This document shows, piece after piece, positions 29,235 through 37,667 of a DNA stretch of 64,000 bases. The position numbers were made by a program, and so were the translations under genes. The notes under the pieces were generated by a model, which worked only from the letters and a program-made list of their open reading frames with translations, was not told the DNA's origin and did not search any database. The stretch comes from Bacteroidota bacterium (GTDB lineage: Bacteria > Bacteroidota > Bacteroidia > Bacteroidales > JAAUTT01): contig JAIFLU010000074.1 in assembly GCA_020048915.1 (NCBI GenBank), forward strand, positions 4,148-68,147, given 5' to 3'. Within the stretch, counting starts at the first letter, position 1; each line of letters opens with the position of its first letter.

Positions 29235-30065
29235 ATGGAAAACACGAATGAACAAGACTTACGGATTGATTTAGATTCTGTTATTCGCAATAAGAATCCC
29301 AAACTCTTAAAATTGCTTCCGCGTTTTGTGCTGAATTATATAAAAAGAATCATACATCAGGATGAACTAAATGCTGTTATTTACAAGTTAAAGGGCCTAT
29401 ACAACCTCGATTATGTGAATGAAGGGTTGAAGGATCTTGGAGCCAGTTATGTTGTTAAGGGATATGTGAACATTCCGCCGCATGGAAGATTTATTTTTGC
29501 CGGAAACCATCCGTTAGGAGGCTTAGACGGACTGGTACTTATAAGCGCCGTGGGGAAAAAATTCCCCAATGTGAAGTTTATTGTGAACGATCTGCTTCTG
29601 AATATCAGAAGCATGGATGATATTTTTATCCCAGTAAATAAACATGGCAGGCAAACTGCCGATTATGCACGCAAAATTGAAGAAGCATACAGTTCGGATG
29701 CTCAAATTCTTTATTTTCCGGCAGGATTATGTTCCCGAAAAATTAAGGGTAAAATTATCGACCTGGAATGGCACCGAAATTTTATCCAGAAAGCCATTGA
29801 ATATAAGCGTGATGTTGTGCCATTTTATTTTGAAGCCCGCAATTCAAATTTCTTTTATAATTTGGCAAACCTGCGGAAATGGTTAGGCATAAAGGTTAAT
29901 ATTGAAATGTTTTTTTTGGTAAATGAGCTTTTTAAGCAACGAACTAAAAAGATTGAGCTTACTTTCGGAAAACCAATCTCTTATACTCAGTTTAGTAAGG
30001 GAGGGGATAAAAAAGAGTGGGCCAGTTATGTTCGCAAATGCGTGTATGATATTCCTCCAAAGTGA
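29235..30065 (+). CDS. Lysophospholipid/1-acyl-glycerol-3-phosphate-type O-acyltransferase (glsA-like)
   Basis: The acyltransferase HX4D block reads NHPLGGLDG here, and FPAG is present. It is immediately followed by the N-acyltransferase gene. Confidence 0.65.
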   Translation: MENTNEQDLRIDLDSVIRNKNPKLLKLLPRFVLNYIKRIIHQDELNAVIYKLKGLYNLDYVNEGLKDLGASYVVKGYVNIPPHGRFIFAGNHPLGGLDGLVLISAVGKKFPNVKFIVNDLLLNIRSMDDIFIPVNKHGRQTADYARKIEEAYSSDAQILYFPAGLCSRKIKGKIIDLEWHRNFIQKAIEYKRDVVPFYFEARNSNFFYNLANLRKWLGIKVNIEMFFLVNELFKQRTKKIELTFGKPISYTQFSKGGDKKEWASYVRKCVYDIPPK

Positions 30066-30175
30066 TTTTATATCCTGAATGCGAAGAAAAGCTTGTAAGA
30101 ATAGGGAAACAATTCAATATCGGTTTTGACTCATCGCTATTTTTCGTTAATTTTGGATTTCTAAAAAAAAAGGAT

Positions 30176-31171
30176 ATGAAAGATTTACTTCCGCCAATTC
30201 CCAGAGAGGAAATTTTGAAGGAGCTATCAGAGGATAAATTTGTGCGGAAAACGAATAACGGAGGAAACGAACTTTATATTTTCTCCGGTGACGATTGTCC
30301 AAAACTGATGCAAGAGGTTGGGAGATTGCGCGAAGAAGCCTTTCGGCATGCTGGTGGAGGGATTGGTGAAGAAATGGATGTTGATCATTTCGATTTTGGA
30401 GAAGGATGTTACCAGCAACTTATTGTTTGGGACCCGGATGCGAACCAGATTTTGGGCGGGTACCGGTTTAAAATTTGTGATGAAAATACCTTAGATCAGC
30501 AGGGAAACGTTCTGCTCTCCACTGCCGAATTATTTAATTTTACCGAAGACTTTAAAAAAGTATATCTTCCGCATTTAATAGAACTTGGTCGCTCGTTTGT
30601 ACAGCCCCTGTACCAATCAACCGGAAAAATAAGGAAAGGTATTTTTGCACTGGATAATCTTTGGGATGGACTGGGAGCCATCATTGTAAAAAATCCGGAG
30701 AAAAAATATTTCTTTGGCAAGGTTACCATGTATAAATCTTATAATACCGATGCCCGCAATCATTTATTATATTTTCTCGAACGTTATTTTGCCGATACCG
30801 AAGAATTATTAACTCCTGTTTATCCTATGGAAACACATATGAACAGGGAGGTTTTGGGACACATTTTCTCGGGTGAAGATTACAAAGAAGATTATAATAT
30901 TTTAAGAAAATCGGTACGAAATCTTGGCGAAATCATCCCTCCGCTTATTAATTCTTATATGGAGCTTTCTCCATCCATGAAGGTGTTTGGAACAGCTATT
31001 AATCCTCACTTTGGAGGGGTGGAGGAAACCGCAATTATGGTAACCATAAACGATATTTACAAAGAAAAGGTGGAACGCCACATTTCTACCTTCGATCCAA
31101 AGTATTGGTTGCGGAGATTGAGAAATAGCCAGATCAGCCACATTCGCTTATTTCCGAAAAGAAGGAAATAG
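30176..31171 (+). CDS. GNAT-fold N-acyl amino acid synthase / hemolysin-like N-acyltransferase (glsB/olsB-like)
   Basis: LREEAFRHAGGG...YRFK...IELGRSFVQPLYQ motifs, typical of the OlsB/NAS family. The ATG at 30176 (MKDLLPPI) is preferred over the GTG at 30062. Confidence 0.65.
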   Translation: MKDLLPPIPREEILKELSEDKFVRKTNNGGNELYIFSGDDCPKLMQEVGRLREEAFRHAGGGIGEEMDVDHFDFGEGCYQQLIVWDPDANQILGGYRFKICDENTLDQQGNVLLSTAELFNFTEDFKKVYLPHLIELGRSFVQPLYQSTGKIRKGIFALDNLWDGLGAIIVKNPEKKYFFGKVTMYKSYNTDARNHLLYFLERYFADTEELLTPVYPMETHMNREVLGHIFSGEDYKEDYNILRKSVRNLGEIIPPLINSYMELSPSMKVFGTAINPHFGGVEETAIMVTINDIYKEKVERHISTFDPKYWLRRLRNSQISHIRLFPKRRK

Positions 31172-31227
31172 AAAGGTAAAACCGTTTTTGGCTGGCTTAG
31201 CAACGTATTATTTTTGAAGTCTGAGCT

Positions 31228-31262
31228 TACTCCGAAAAGGGGGAAAAAGACTTTTCGGAGTA
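31228..31262. terminator. Bidirectional terminator hairpin
   Basis: Perfect 12-bp stem tactccgaaaag/cttttcggagta with an 11-nt loop, between convergent genes. Confidence 0.75.
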
Positions 31263-31283
31263 GGCTTAAGCTTATATGGTATG

Positions 31284-32066
31284 TTACGCTAATTCAGTTT
31301 CCAGAATATTAAAAAACGTATGTTTGGCAAATTTTTCCCTCCAGGGGTAATGTCCACAATTATCCAGATTGACAAATTTGAATTTCTTTATGATTTTGGA
31401 CAAAGGCTCTTCCACCCCTTTTGCAGGATGGGTGTCGTAATTGCCATGTATAGCAAGAACGGGGCATTTAATTTTTCGTCCCAACTGAATCAGGTCACCA
31501 AACCGTCTTAAGCGGTCGGCTTCGGTCCAAACAGATTGAAATATGGTGGGCTGAAACTCAATTTCTCCATTATCAACATCTTCGCAATCATATAAATCCG
31601 AACGTTCCATTAAATCGCAGAAGCGTTTTAATTTTTCATTATCGAGGTTTTCTGATTTATTCATCCAGTTAATAATTCCCTGGGCTTCGTTGCGGTCCTC
31701 TTCGGAAAGTCGGCTAAGACGGAGTTTTGTAAGGTTGAAATTATATCTCTCATCAAAGGAGCCCGCGGCAATTAGAATTAGTTTTTCTACTTTTTCGGGA
31801 TGCGCCGCAGCATACAAATAAGCTAACCAGGCACCCCATGAATGGCCTATAATTTTCACCTTCCCTTCGGAGCAGTTGTCAGTAATAAACGAATGAAGTT
31901 CTTCTATTTGCCCATTTACCGAGTTTGCAGTTTGAAAGGGTTCCAGTACACTTTGGTTCTTTGAAATGACTTTCGCTAAATAACCCAGACTACCTGGTGC
32001 GCCAGGTCCACCATGAACCACTACTACTTTATAAGGCTTTTCACCATATATTCTGTAATTGCGCAT
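31284..32066 (-). CDS. Alpha/beta-fold hydrolase
   Basis: HGGPG oxyanion region, nucleophile elbow GHSWGA and C-terminal CGHYP (catalytic His). Confidence 0.8.
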   Translation of the reverse strand: MRNYRIYGEKPYKVVVVHGGPGAPGSLGYLAKVISKNQSVLEPFQTANSVNGQIEELHSFITDNCSEGKVKIIGHSWGAWLAYLYAAAHPEKVEKLILIAAGSFDERYNFNLTKLRLSRLSEEDRNEAQGIINWMNKSENLDNEKLKRFCDLMERSDLYDCEDVDNGEIEFQPTIFQSVWTEADRLRRFGDLIQLGRKIKCPVLAIHGNYDTHPAKGVEEPLSKIIKKFKFVNLDNCGHYPWREKFAKHTFFNILETELA

Positions 32067-32344
32067 ATTAAAAATGAATTGGTGTAATTTTTACTAAAAT
32101 ATTTTGTAAAAATAATACATAAAGGGGCTAAAATCAATAGGTAGTTTACATTAATTACAAAAAATTACCTGAGATATGTCATTATATAATAGGGGTAAAT
32201 TGTAAATATAGGTAAATAAGTGATTCTACCCTCCTTATAGTGAGTGGGCTTACATACTATATGTAAAAAGTTTAGTTGGTGAATTTATTTCTCTTAAAGA
32301 ATTTCTTATTAGCAAAACGAATAGTCGTACCCAGGAATAATAAT

Positions 32345-32396
32345 AGCCACTGCTATACGAATTAAATTTTAAAATTCAATTCGTATAGCAGTGGCT
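32345..32396. repeat. 52-nt near-perfect palindrome (19-bp perfect arms); possible terminator of the phosphatase gene
   Basis: The arms are agccactgctatacgaatt (32345-32363) and aattcgtatagcagtggct (32378-32396). The 14-nt centre, aaattttaaaattc, is itself nearly self-complementary. Confidence 0.7.
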
Positions 32397-32551
32397 AACC
32401 TGATAACTCACACTATTAAAAGTTGAGAACACTCTTGACCCTTCCTCCAGGGTTGATATTTTGTTCGGATCAAAAGGTTATTATGGTCTTCAAATATTTC
32501 TTACTACCTCCAATTTCGAGGGAAGCAACGTGAATTTCTATCCCTCCCAGT

Positions 32552-34279
32552 TTACAGCAACCCTTCCACAAGCTTTCCTGTGGATTTTGGAATATAAAAA
32601 CGGTTTAGTGTAAGCTTCTTTTTATTTTTGGGTTCTTGCAGGTAAGTATTTATGGCTAGTCCATTAAGAGCCATTTTTTTAACCTCATTCTTACCGTCAA
32701 ACAATGTGATATAGTCGGTGTAAGCTTTTATTTCGACCCTTTTTCTGGACTTTTTATCTTTTTTAATAATAAGCGTTCCATAATGCGACGAATCTAATGC
32801 GGTACCGGTATAACGATCCTGTATTTCCCAAAATAGTCCTTTTAAAGCAACAGAGTCGATGCAATATTTTTCCCTTGTCAGAGAATCAAGATTTTTGTTT
32901 CCCGAAATCTCGCGCATGTAAGCATTTACGGTCGAGTTTTGCACTACCCCGCCCAGTCTGTAATTATGAGGATGATAATTCGCTAGTAATACATCTTCGG
33001 CAGTATGGCCGTTGGTTGTAAATCCAATGTAAGTGCGCGACGTAATTATTTTTGCTATAGCACGGGAAAGTCCGCCGGCTTTCATGGCAGTTTTAATGGT
33101 TTCCAGTTCTTGTGGATTGAGGGTAATATTTGTATTTTCCTTAAAGGCTTTTAAAATATCCGTATCGCCCGTCAATGGCTTAATAAGGGAGGCTAAACCG
33201 TCGGCAGTAAGTTTGCAATCGCGCAAAGGCTTCACCAGACTTGCAACGGTAACGGTATCGTATCCCGATGCCATTCGTGCATTTCCAATACTCATTCCAC
33301 TGTTTCCATGGTCGGGACAGATAACTACCGCGGTATTTCCATCCTTTTTGGCAAAATCAATAGCAACTTTCACGGCTTCGTCAAAGGCCAGAAATTCAGT
33401 AACCATACCTACCGGATCATTATTGTGGGCAGACCAGTCAACTTTACTTCCTTCGACCATCAGAAAAAAGCCTTTTTTATTCTGCGAAAGAATCTGAATG
33501 GCTTTATCTGTCATTTCTGAAATGGATGGGATAGAATCTTTGTTTGTATCCAGGTCGTTTGGTAAGGCATCGTCTGCAAAAAGTCCCCATACAAGGCTGT
33601 CGGAAGAAGAGAGCCTGTTAAAATCCTTTTTTGTGGTAACATAGTTGTAATTTTTGCTTTTCAACACCGCCACTAAATCCTCTTTATCGTCGCGCTTTAA
33701 AGGAGAAAGATATTTGGTGCCGCCTCCAAAAACAACATTTAGGTTATTATAAACCATTTGCTTGGCTATGTTGTAATATTTATCGCGGTATGGAGTGTGA
33801 GATGAAAAAGCAGCCGGAGTTGCATGCGGAAACTGGCAGGTTACTACCAACCCGGTAGATTTTTGATCCAGTTTGGCAGCTTCCAAGATAGTGAATAAGG
33901 GTTGGTACGCCATGGTTGGATCGATATTTACCAAATCTTTTGCTTTTCCTGCTGATGGAGGATAGGTAGCAATAAACCCGGTATGCGACAAATGTCCCGT
34001 TGCATAGGTACTTCCTGTAGGAGCGGAATCTCCGGTCGGGGCATCGGAAGAGTGGGTTTTAACAAATCCGGAGATATAAGGATCAATGTTTAGCCAGCAC
34101 TCATCTTCCGGACAAATTCCATATTTATACCATCGGCTTAACGAAAGGATGCTGGAGCTGGTTCCATCGGGAATCAGTATAATTACATTTTTAACCTGTT
34201 TTTCTTGTTGAGCATTAATAGGACTTCCATTCAATGATAATAGAAGTATAGAAAACAGATAAAGAATTTTAGTCGTCAT
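32552..34279 (-). CDS. Alkaline phosphatase (PhoA family) with C-terminal extension
   Basis: Signal peptide, NVIILIPDGTS, the active-site region TGDSAPTGSTYATGH, and metal-ligand contexts VDWSAHNND and CPDHGN. The ATG at 34279 is preferred. Confidence 0.85.
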   Translation of the reverse strand: MTTKILYLFSILLLSLNGSPINAQQEKQVKNVIILIPDGTSSSILSLSRWYKYGICPEDECWLNIDPYISGFVKTHSSDAPTGDSAPTGSTYATGHLSHTGFIATYPPSAGKAKDLVNIDPTMAYQPLFTILEAAKLDQKSTGLVVTCQFPHATPAAFSSHTPYRDKYYNIAKQMVYNNLNVVFGGGTKYLSPLKRDDKEDLVAVLKSKNYNYVTTKKDFNRLSSSDSLVWGLFADDALPNDLDTNKDSIPSISEMTDKAIQILSQNKKGFFLMVEGSKVDWSAHNNDPVGMVTEFLAFDEAVKVAIDFAKKDGNTAVVICPDHGNSGMSIGNARMASGYDTVTVASLVKPLRDCKLTADGLASLIKPLTGDTDILKAFKENTNITLNPQELETIKTAMKAGGLSRAIAKIITSRTYIGFTTNGHTAEDVLLANYHPHNYRLGGVVQNSTVNAYMREISGNKNLDSLTREKYCIDSVALKGLFWEIQDRYTGTALDSSHYGTLIIKKDKKSRKRVEIKAYTDYITLFDGKNEVKKMALNGLAINTYLQEPKNKKKLTLNRFYIPKSTGKLVEGLL

Positions 34280-34386
34280 GGGGTTTAGTTTTGAAGAAAA
34301 CAAATATAGCAATGACTTTCCTTTTTGAGATTAAGGAATTATTAAAAAATTAGTAAGTCTGATATGCAATAAGAATTTAAGATTTT

Positions 34387-34493
34387 ATGTCGTTTAGTTT
34401 AGGATTGAATAATTAATCAACACTTCGACTCAGTGTGACACTAATACCAGTTTGTCAGGCTGAGTCGAAGCCTGCTTCTTAACTAAATGACAT
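34387..34493. repeat. REP/MITE-like imperfect palindromic element
   Basis: Outer arms atgtcgtttagtt/aactaaatgacat. Core arms cttcgactcagtgtgac (34423-34439) and gtcaggctgagtcgaag (34454-34470). Confidence 0.7.
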
Positions 34494-34574
34494 TGATAAG
34501 GATTTATTCAACATAAATCTTCTCAAAACCATTCCTATTGGACTAGGATTTCGAAACTACTTTCTAAAAATTTA

Positions 34575-36476
34575 TTAGTAAGCCCGTTTATCGTTTCCCT
34601 CGACATAATTAATAAATGCATTGTTTGCCACCTTGTTCCCACCGGGGGTTGGATAGTCGCCGGTAAAATACCAGTCACCTTTATCATTTGGACAAGCTAT
34701 ATGCAAATTCTCCACTGTTTGATATAATATTTCCAATTCAGCTTTTGTTTCGGAAGTACGCAACATTTGAGAAATTTTCTTCGAAATATCATTCGGAGTA
34801 AAGGGGCTATATATAGCTTTTACGTGGTTTTCGGTAAATTCTTTTGGGGTATATTGTTGTTCCTTACACTTCTTGTAAACTTCATTAATTACCGACGATT
34901 TTCCGGTTTCCTTCAATAAAGCAATTGCTGCCTGAAAGGCTACAAAATCGCCTAGTTTAGCCATATCTATTCCATAGCAGTCGGGGTAACAAATCTGTGG
35001 TGACGACGAGACTACCACAATTTTTTTAGGTTCGAGGCGGTCGAGGATCTTAATAATGCTCTTTTTTAAGGTAGTGCCCCGAACAATCGAATCGTCAATA
35101 ATTACAAGGTTATCAACTCCAGGACGGATAGAACCATAGGTAACATCGTAAACATGCCCCACCATGTTCGACCGGCCTTTATCCTGTGTAATAAAAGTAC
35201 GGAGCTTAACATCTTTAATGGCAACCTTTTCTACCCGAAACTGCTCATCCATTATTTTGTCGAGCAACTCAGGAGTAATATTTGGACCGGCAGCTAATAT
35301 TGCTTTTTTCTTTTTATCCGATAAGTAATCTTCAATGCCGCGAATCATGCCATAAAAGGCGGTTTCGGCAGTATTGGGGATATAGGAGAATACCGTATGT
35401 TCCAGATCGAAATCAACGGCTTTAAGAATTTCGGGAATAAGGAGTTCGCCTAGTTTACGACGCTCAATATTAATATCACGATCGCTGCCGCGGGAGAAAT
35501 AGATCCGTTCGAATGAGCACGACTTTCGTTCGAATGGTTCCCGAACGATCTCTTCGGATACCTGTCCGTTTTTGCGAACTATAATGGCACTTCCGGGCTT
35601 GATTTCTTTAACCTGATCGGTTTTTAAGTTAAAAGCAGTTTGTATTACAGGACGTTCGGAGGCAATAACTGCCACTTCATCGTCGTGATAATAAAAAGCT
35701 GGGCGAATTCCCCAGGGATCGCGCATTACAAAGGCATCTCCATGTCCGATAATTCCGGCAATTGCATAGCCACCGTCCCAACGTTTGCTGGCTTCGCGCA
35801 ATATGGAGCCAACATTCATGTTTTCGCCAATAAGATTGGTTATTTTTACATTATCGTTCCCAAATTGTTTGTAATGTTCGAACAGGCGTTGATTTTCGCG
35901 GTCAAGAAAATGGCCTACATTTTCGAGAACAGTTACAGTGTCAGAATATCCCCGGGGAAATTGCCCCAGGTTTACAAGAATATTAAAAAGCTCATCAACA
36001 TTAGTCAGGTTGAAGTTTCCGGCAAGGGCCAGGTTACGGGTGCGCCAGTTATTACGCCGAAGCACCGGGTGAACTTTGTCAACAGTATTATTGCCAAAAG
36101 TACCATAGCGAAGATGTCCCAAATATAATTCCCCGGCAAAGTCGAGTTCTTGTTTTGCCCAGTGGGCATTATCCAATAAGTCGGGGTTGCTTTTCTTTAC
36201 TTCTTCAAAATGATTGTAAATCTTTTTAAAAACAACACCAATGGAATTTTCTTCGATTGACCGGTTTCGATAGATAAACTCATTTCCAGGTTCCATGTCG
36301 AGTTTCACACACATAACCCCGGTTCCATCCTGGCCACGGTTACGTTCTTTTTCCATTATCAGGTAAAGCTTTTGAAGCCCATATTGCCAGGTTCCGTATT
36401 TTAATTGGTAATATTCGAGTGGTTTTAATAACCTAACAAGGGCAATTCCACAATCGTGCTCCAACTGATCCGTCAT
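34575..36476 (-). CDS. purF: Amidophosphoribosyltransferase (long class II form)
   Basis: Propeptide followed by the Ntn Cys (LEHDCGIALV) and the PRTase motif LVIIDDSIVRGTT. 633 aa. Confidence 0.9.
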   Translation of the reverse strand: MTDQLEHDCGIALVRLLKPLEYYQLKYGTWQYGLQKLYLIMEKERNRGQDGTGVMCVKLDMEPGNEFIYRNRSIEENSIGVVFKKIYNHFEEVKKSNPDLLDNAHWAKQELDFAGELYLGHLRYGTFGNNTVDKVHPVLRRNNWRTRNLALAGNFNLTNVDELFNILVNLGQFPRGYSDTVTVLENVGHFLDRENQRLFEHYKQFGNDNVKITNLIGENMNVGSILREASKRWDGGYAIAGIIGHGDAFVMRDPWGIRPAFYYHDDEVAVIASERPVIQTAFNLKTDQVKEIKPGSAIIVRKNGQVSEEIVREPFERKSCSFERIYFSRGSDRDINIERRKLGELLIPEILKAVDFDLEHTVFSYIPNTAETAFYGMIRGIEDYLSDKKKKAILAAGPNITPELLDKIMDEQFRVEKVAIKDVKLRTFITQDKGRSNMVGHVYDVTYGSIRPGVDNLVIIDDSIVRGTTLKKSIIKILDRLEPKKIVVVSSSPQICYPDCYGIDMAKLGDFVAFQAAIALLKETGKSSVINEVYKKCKEQQYTPKEFTENHVKAIYSPFTPNDISKKISQMLRTSETKAELEILYQTVENLHIACPNDKGDWYFTGDYPTPGGNKVANNAFINYVEGNDKRAY

Positions 36477-36487
36477 TGTTATCCGCT

Positions 36488-36955
36488 TTATTTATCTAGT
36501 TTGGGAAAATTTATTCTGGTTTCTAAAATTATTGATTTTGGAAAAAACTTTTCGATTTCCAGTTTCAACTTAGTGGCTTCCGATTTTGTCCGGAAATCAC
36601 CCACGAATAATTTCGATTCGGGTTGTTCGTAAAAATAATATACTTCAACTCCCGGGAAATTTCTTAAAAACTGGGCTTTCGCGTCAAAAGCAGCTTTTTT
36701 AGAGTTTTGATTATTTTCTTTGAAAATTAAAATACGGTAACCAATAATACCATCGTTCCGCCGGTTTATTTCCAAATGCCTTGCCAACAAGTCGTCAATT
36801 CTACTATCCTGAACAATTTCTACTCTTCCCTCGCCGGGACTGACAGTTTGAAGACTTTTTAAAATGGCGGGTTTTGGATAAGTAGTCCCCGATTGGGCTA
36901 TCGAAAGTAAAGGGAATAGGGCAAATAAAATTACAATACTTATAAAGTGCTTCAT
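36488..36955 (-). CDS. SPOR domain-containing exported protein
   Basis: Signal peptide MKHFISIVILFALFPLLSIAQS. SPOR-like C-terminus GYRILIF...AKAQFLRNFPGVEVYYFYEQPESKLFVGDFRTKSEA. Confidence 0.6.
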   Translation of the reverse strand: MKHFISIVILFALFPLLSIAQSGTTYPKPAILKSLQTVSPGEGRVEIVQDSRIDDLLARHLEINRRNDGIIGYRILIFKENNQNSKKAAFDAKAQFLRNFPGVEVYYFYEQPESKLFVGDFRTKSEATKLKLEIEKFFPKSIILETRINFPKLDK

Positions 36956-37021
36956 TTCAATTAGATATGAATGAAAAATCGGGACAAATTTAAACATTTT
37001 TTATTCGTATTCTAATTATTT

Positions 37022-37474
37022 TTATTGGTATAATTTTATGTCCTTGAATTCGAATGTCTTCCGGTACAGAAAAGTTCTTCCGGCAACAGATCCCGATACC
37101 GAAACCCGGGAGTCGCGACGATTCACAATTTGCATTAGCGATAAAAGTCCATTTTTCAAACTTGTAATTTCAAATTTTGCAGTAACAGGATACTCCTTTT
37201 TAGTTCTGGCCAACAGTGTAATATTGTCCATCTGCGAAAGATGGCCTATTTTTTTATCGTTCATCATTAAGTCAAACTTCGCATCGGTTATCTTCATCCG
37301 CAAAGGATTGGGATTATCAATTTCGATGTCAGCCCTAAGCGTTAGCGCATTGTCCTTAAATTCAACAATTTCGAAATTTCTAAACTGACTGATTTCAATT
37401 TCTTTAAGCGATGTACACGAGGTCAATACAACAGAGAAAAACAGGAGAGCCAGTAACCATTTATATCTTGACAT
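37022..37474 (-). CDS. LEA_2 (LEA14/NDR1-HIN1-like) domain lipoprotein
   Basis: Lipobox VLTSC and a beta-sandwich-like pattern LTLRADIEIDNPNPLRMKITDAKFDLMMNDKKIG. Confidence 0.55.
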   Translation of the reverse strand: MSRYKWLLALLFFSVVLTSCTSLKEIEISQFRNFEIVEFKDNALTLRADIEIDNPNPLRMKITDAKFDLMMNDKKIGHLSQMDNITLLARTKKEYPVTAKFEITSLKNGLLSLMQIVNRRDSRVSVSGSVAGRTFLYRKTFEFKDIKLYQ

Positions 37475-37667
37475 ACATTTTAGATTTAGAGTTGACAAAG
37501 ATAGAAAGATGATGCGAAACACATTTTAAAATTTGTAACAACCTTCGAAAACATCATACTTTGTGAATAATTAAAATTATTAAACTTCAGATAAAGCAAA
37601 ATGTTTCAAACATGTACTTTCTTTACATCAGAACTATCCTATATAACCTTTAAAAACTAATTTTATT

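Noticed and set aside
32236-32250. tatagtgagt string resembling the reverse complement of a T7-type phage promoter core
   Set aside because: Only about 10 nt match and the flanking bases do not fit the 23-nt consensus. A chance match is expected in AT-rich intergenic DNA.
33033-33497. 154-aa plus-strand ORF inside the alkaline phosphatase gene
   Set aside because: It is an antisense shadow ORF, and the opposite frame carries PhoA catalytic motifs.
35640-36128. 162-aa plus-strand ORF inside purF
   Set aside because: It is an antisense shadow ORF opposite a conserved PurF sequence.
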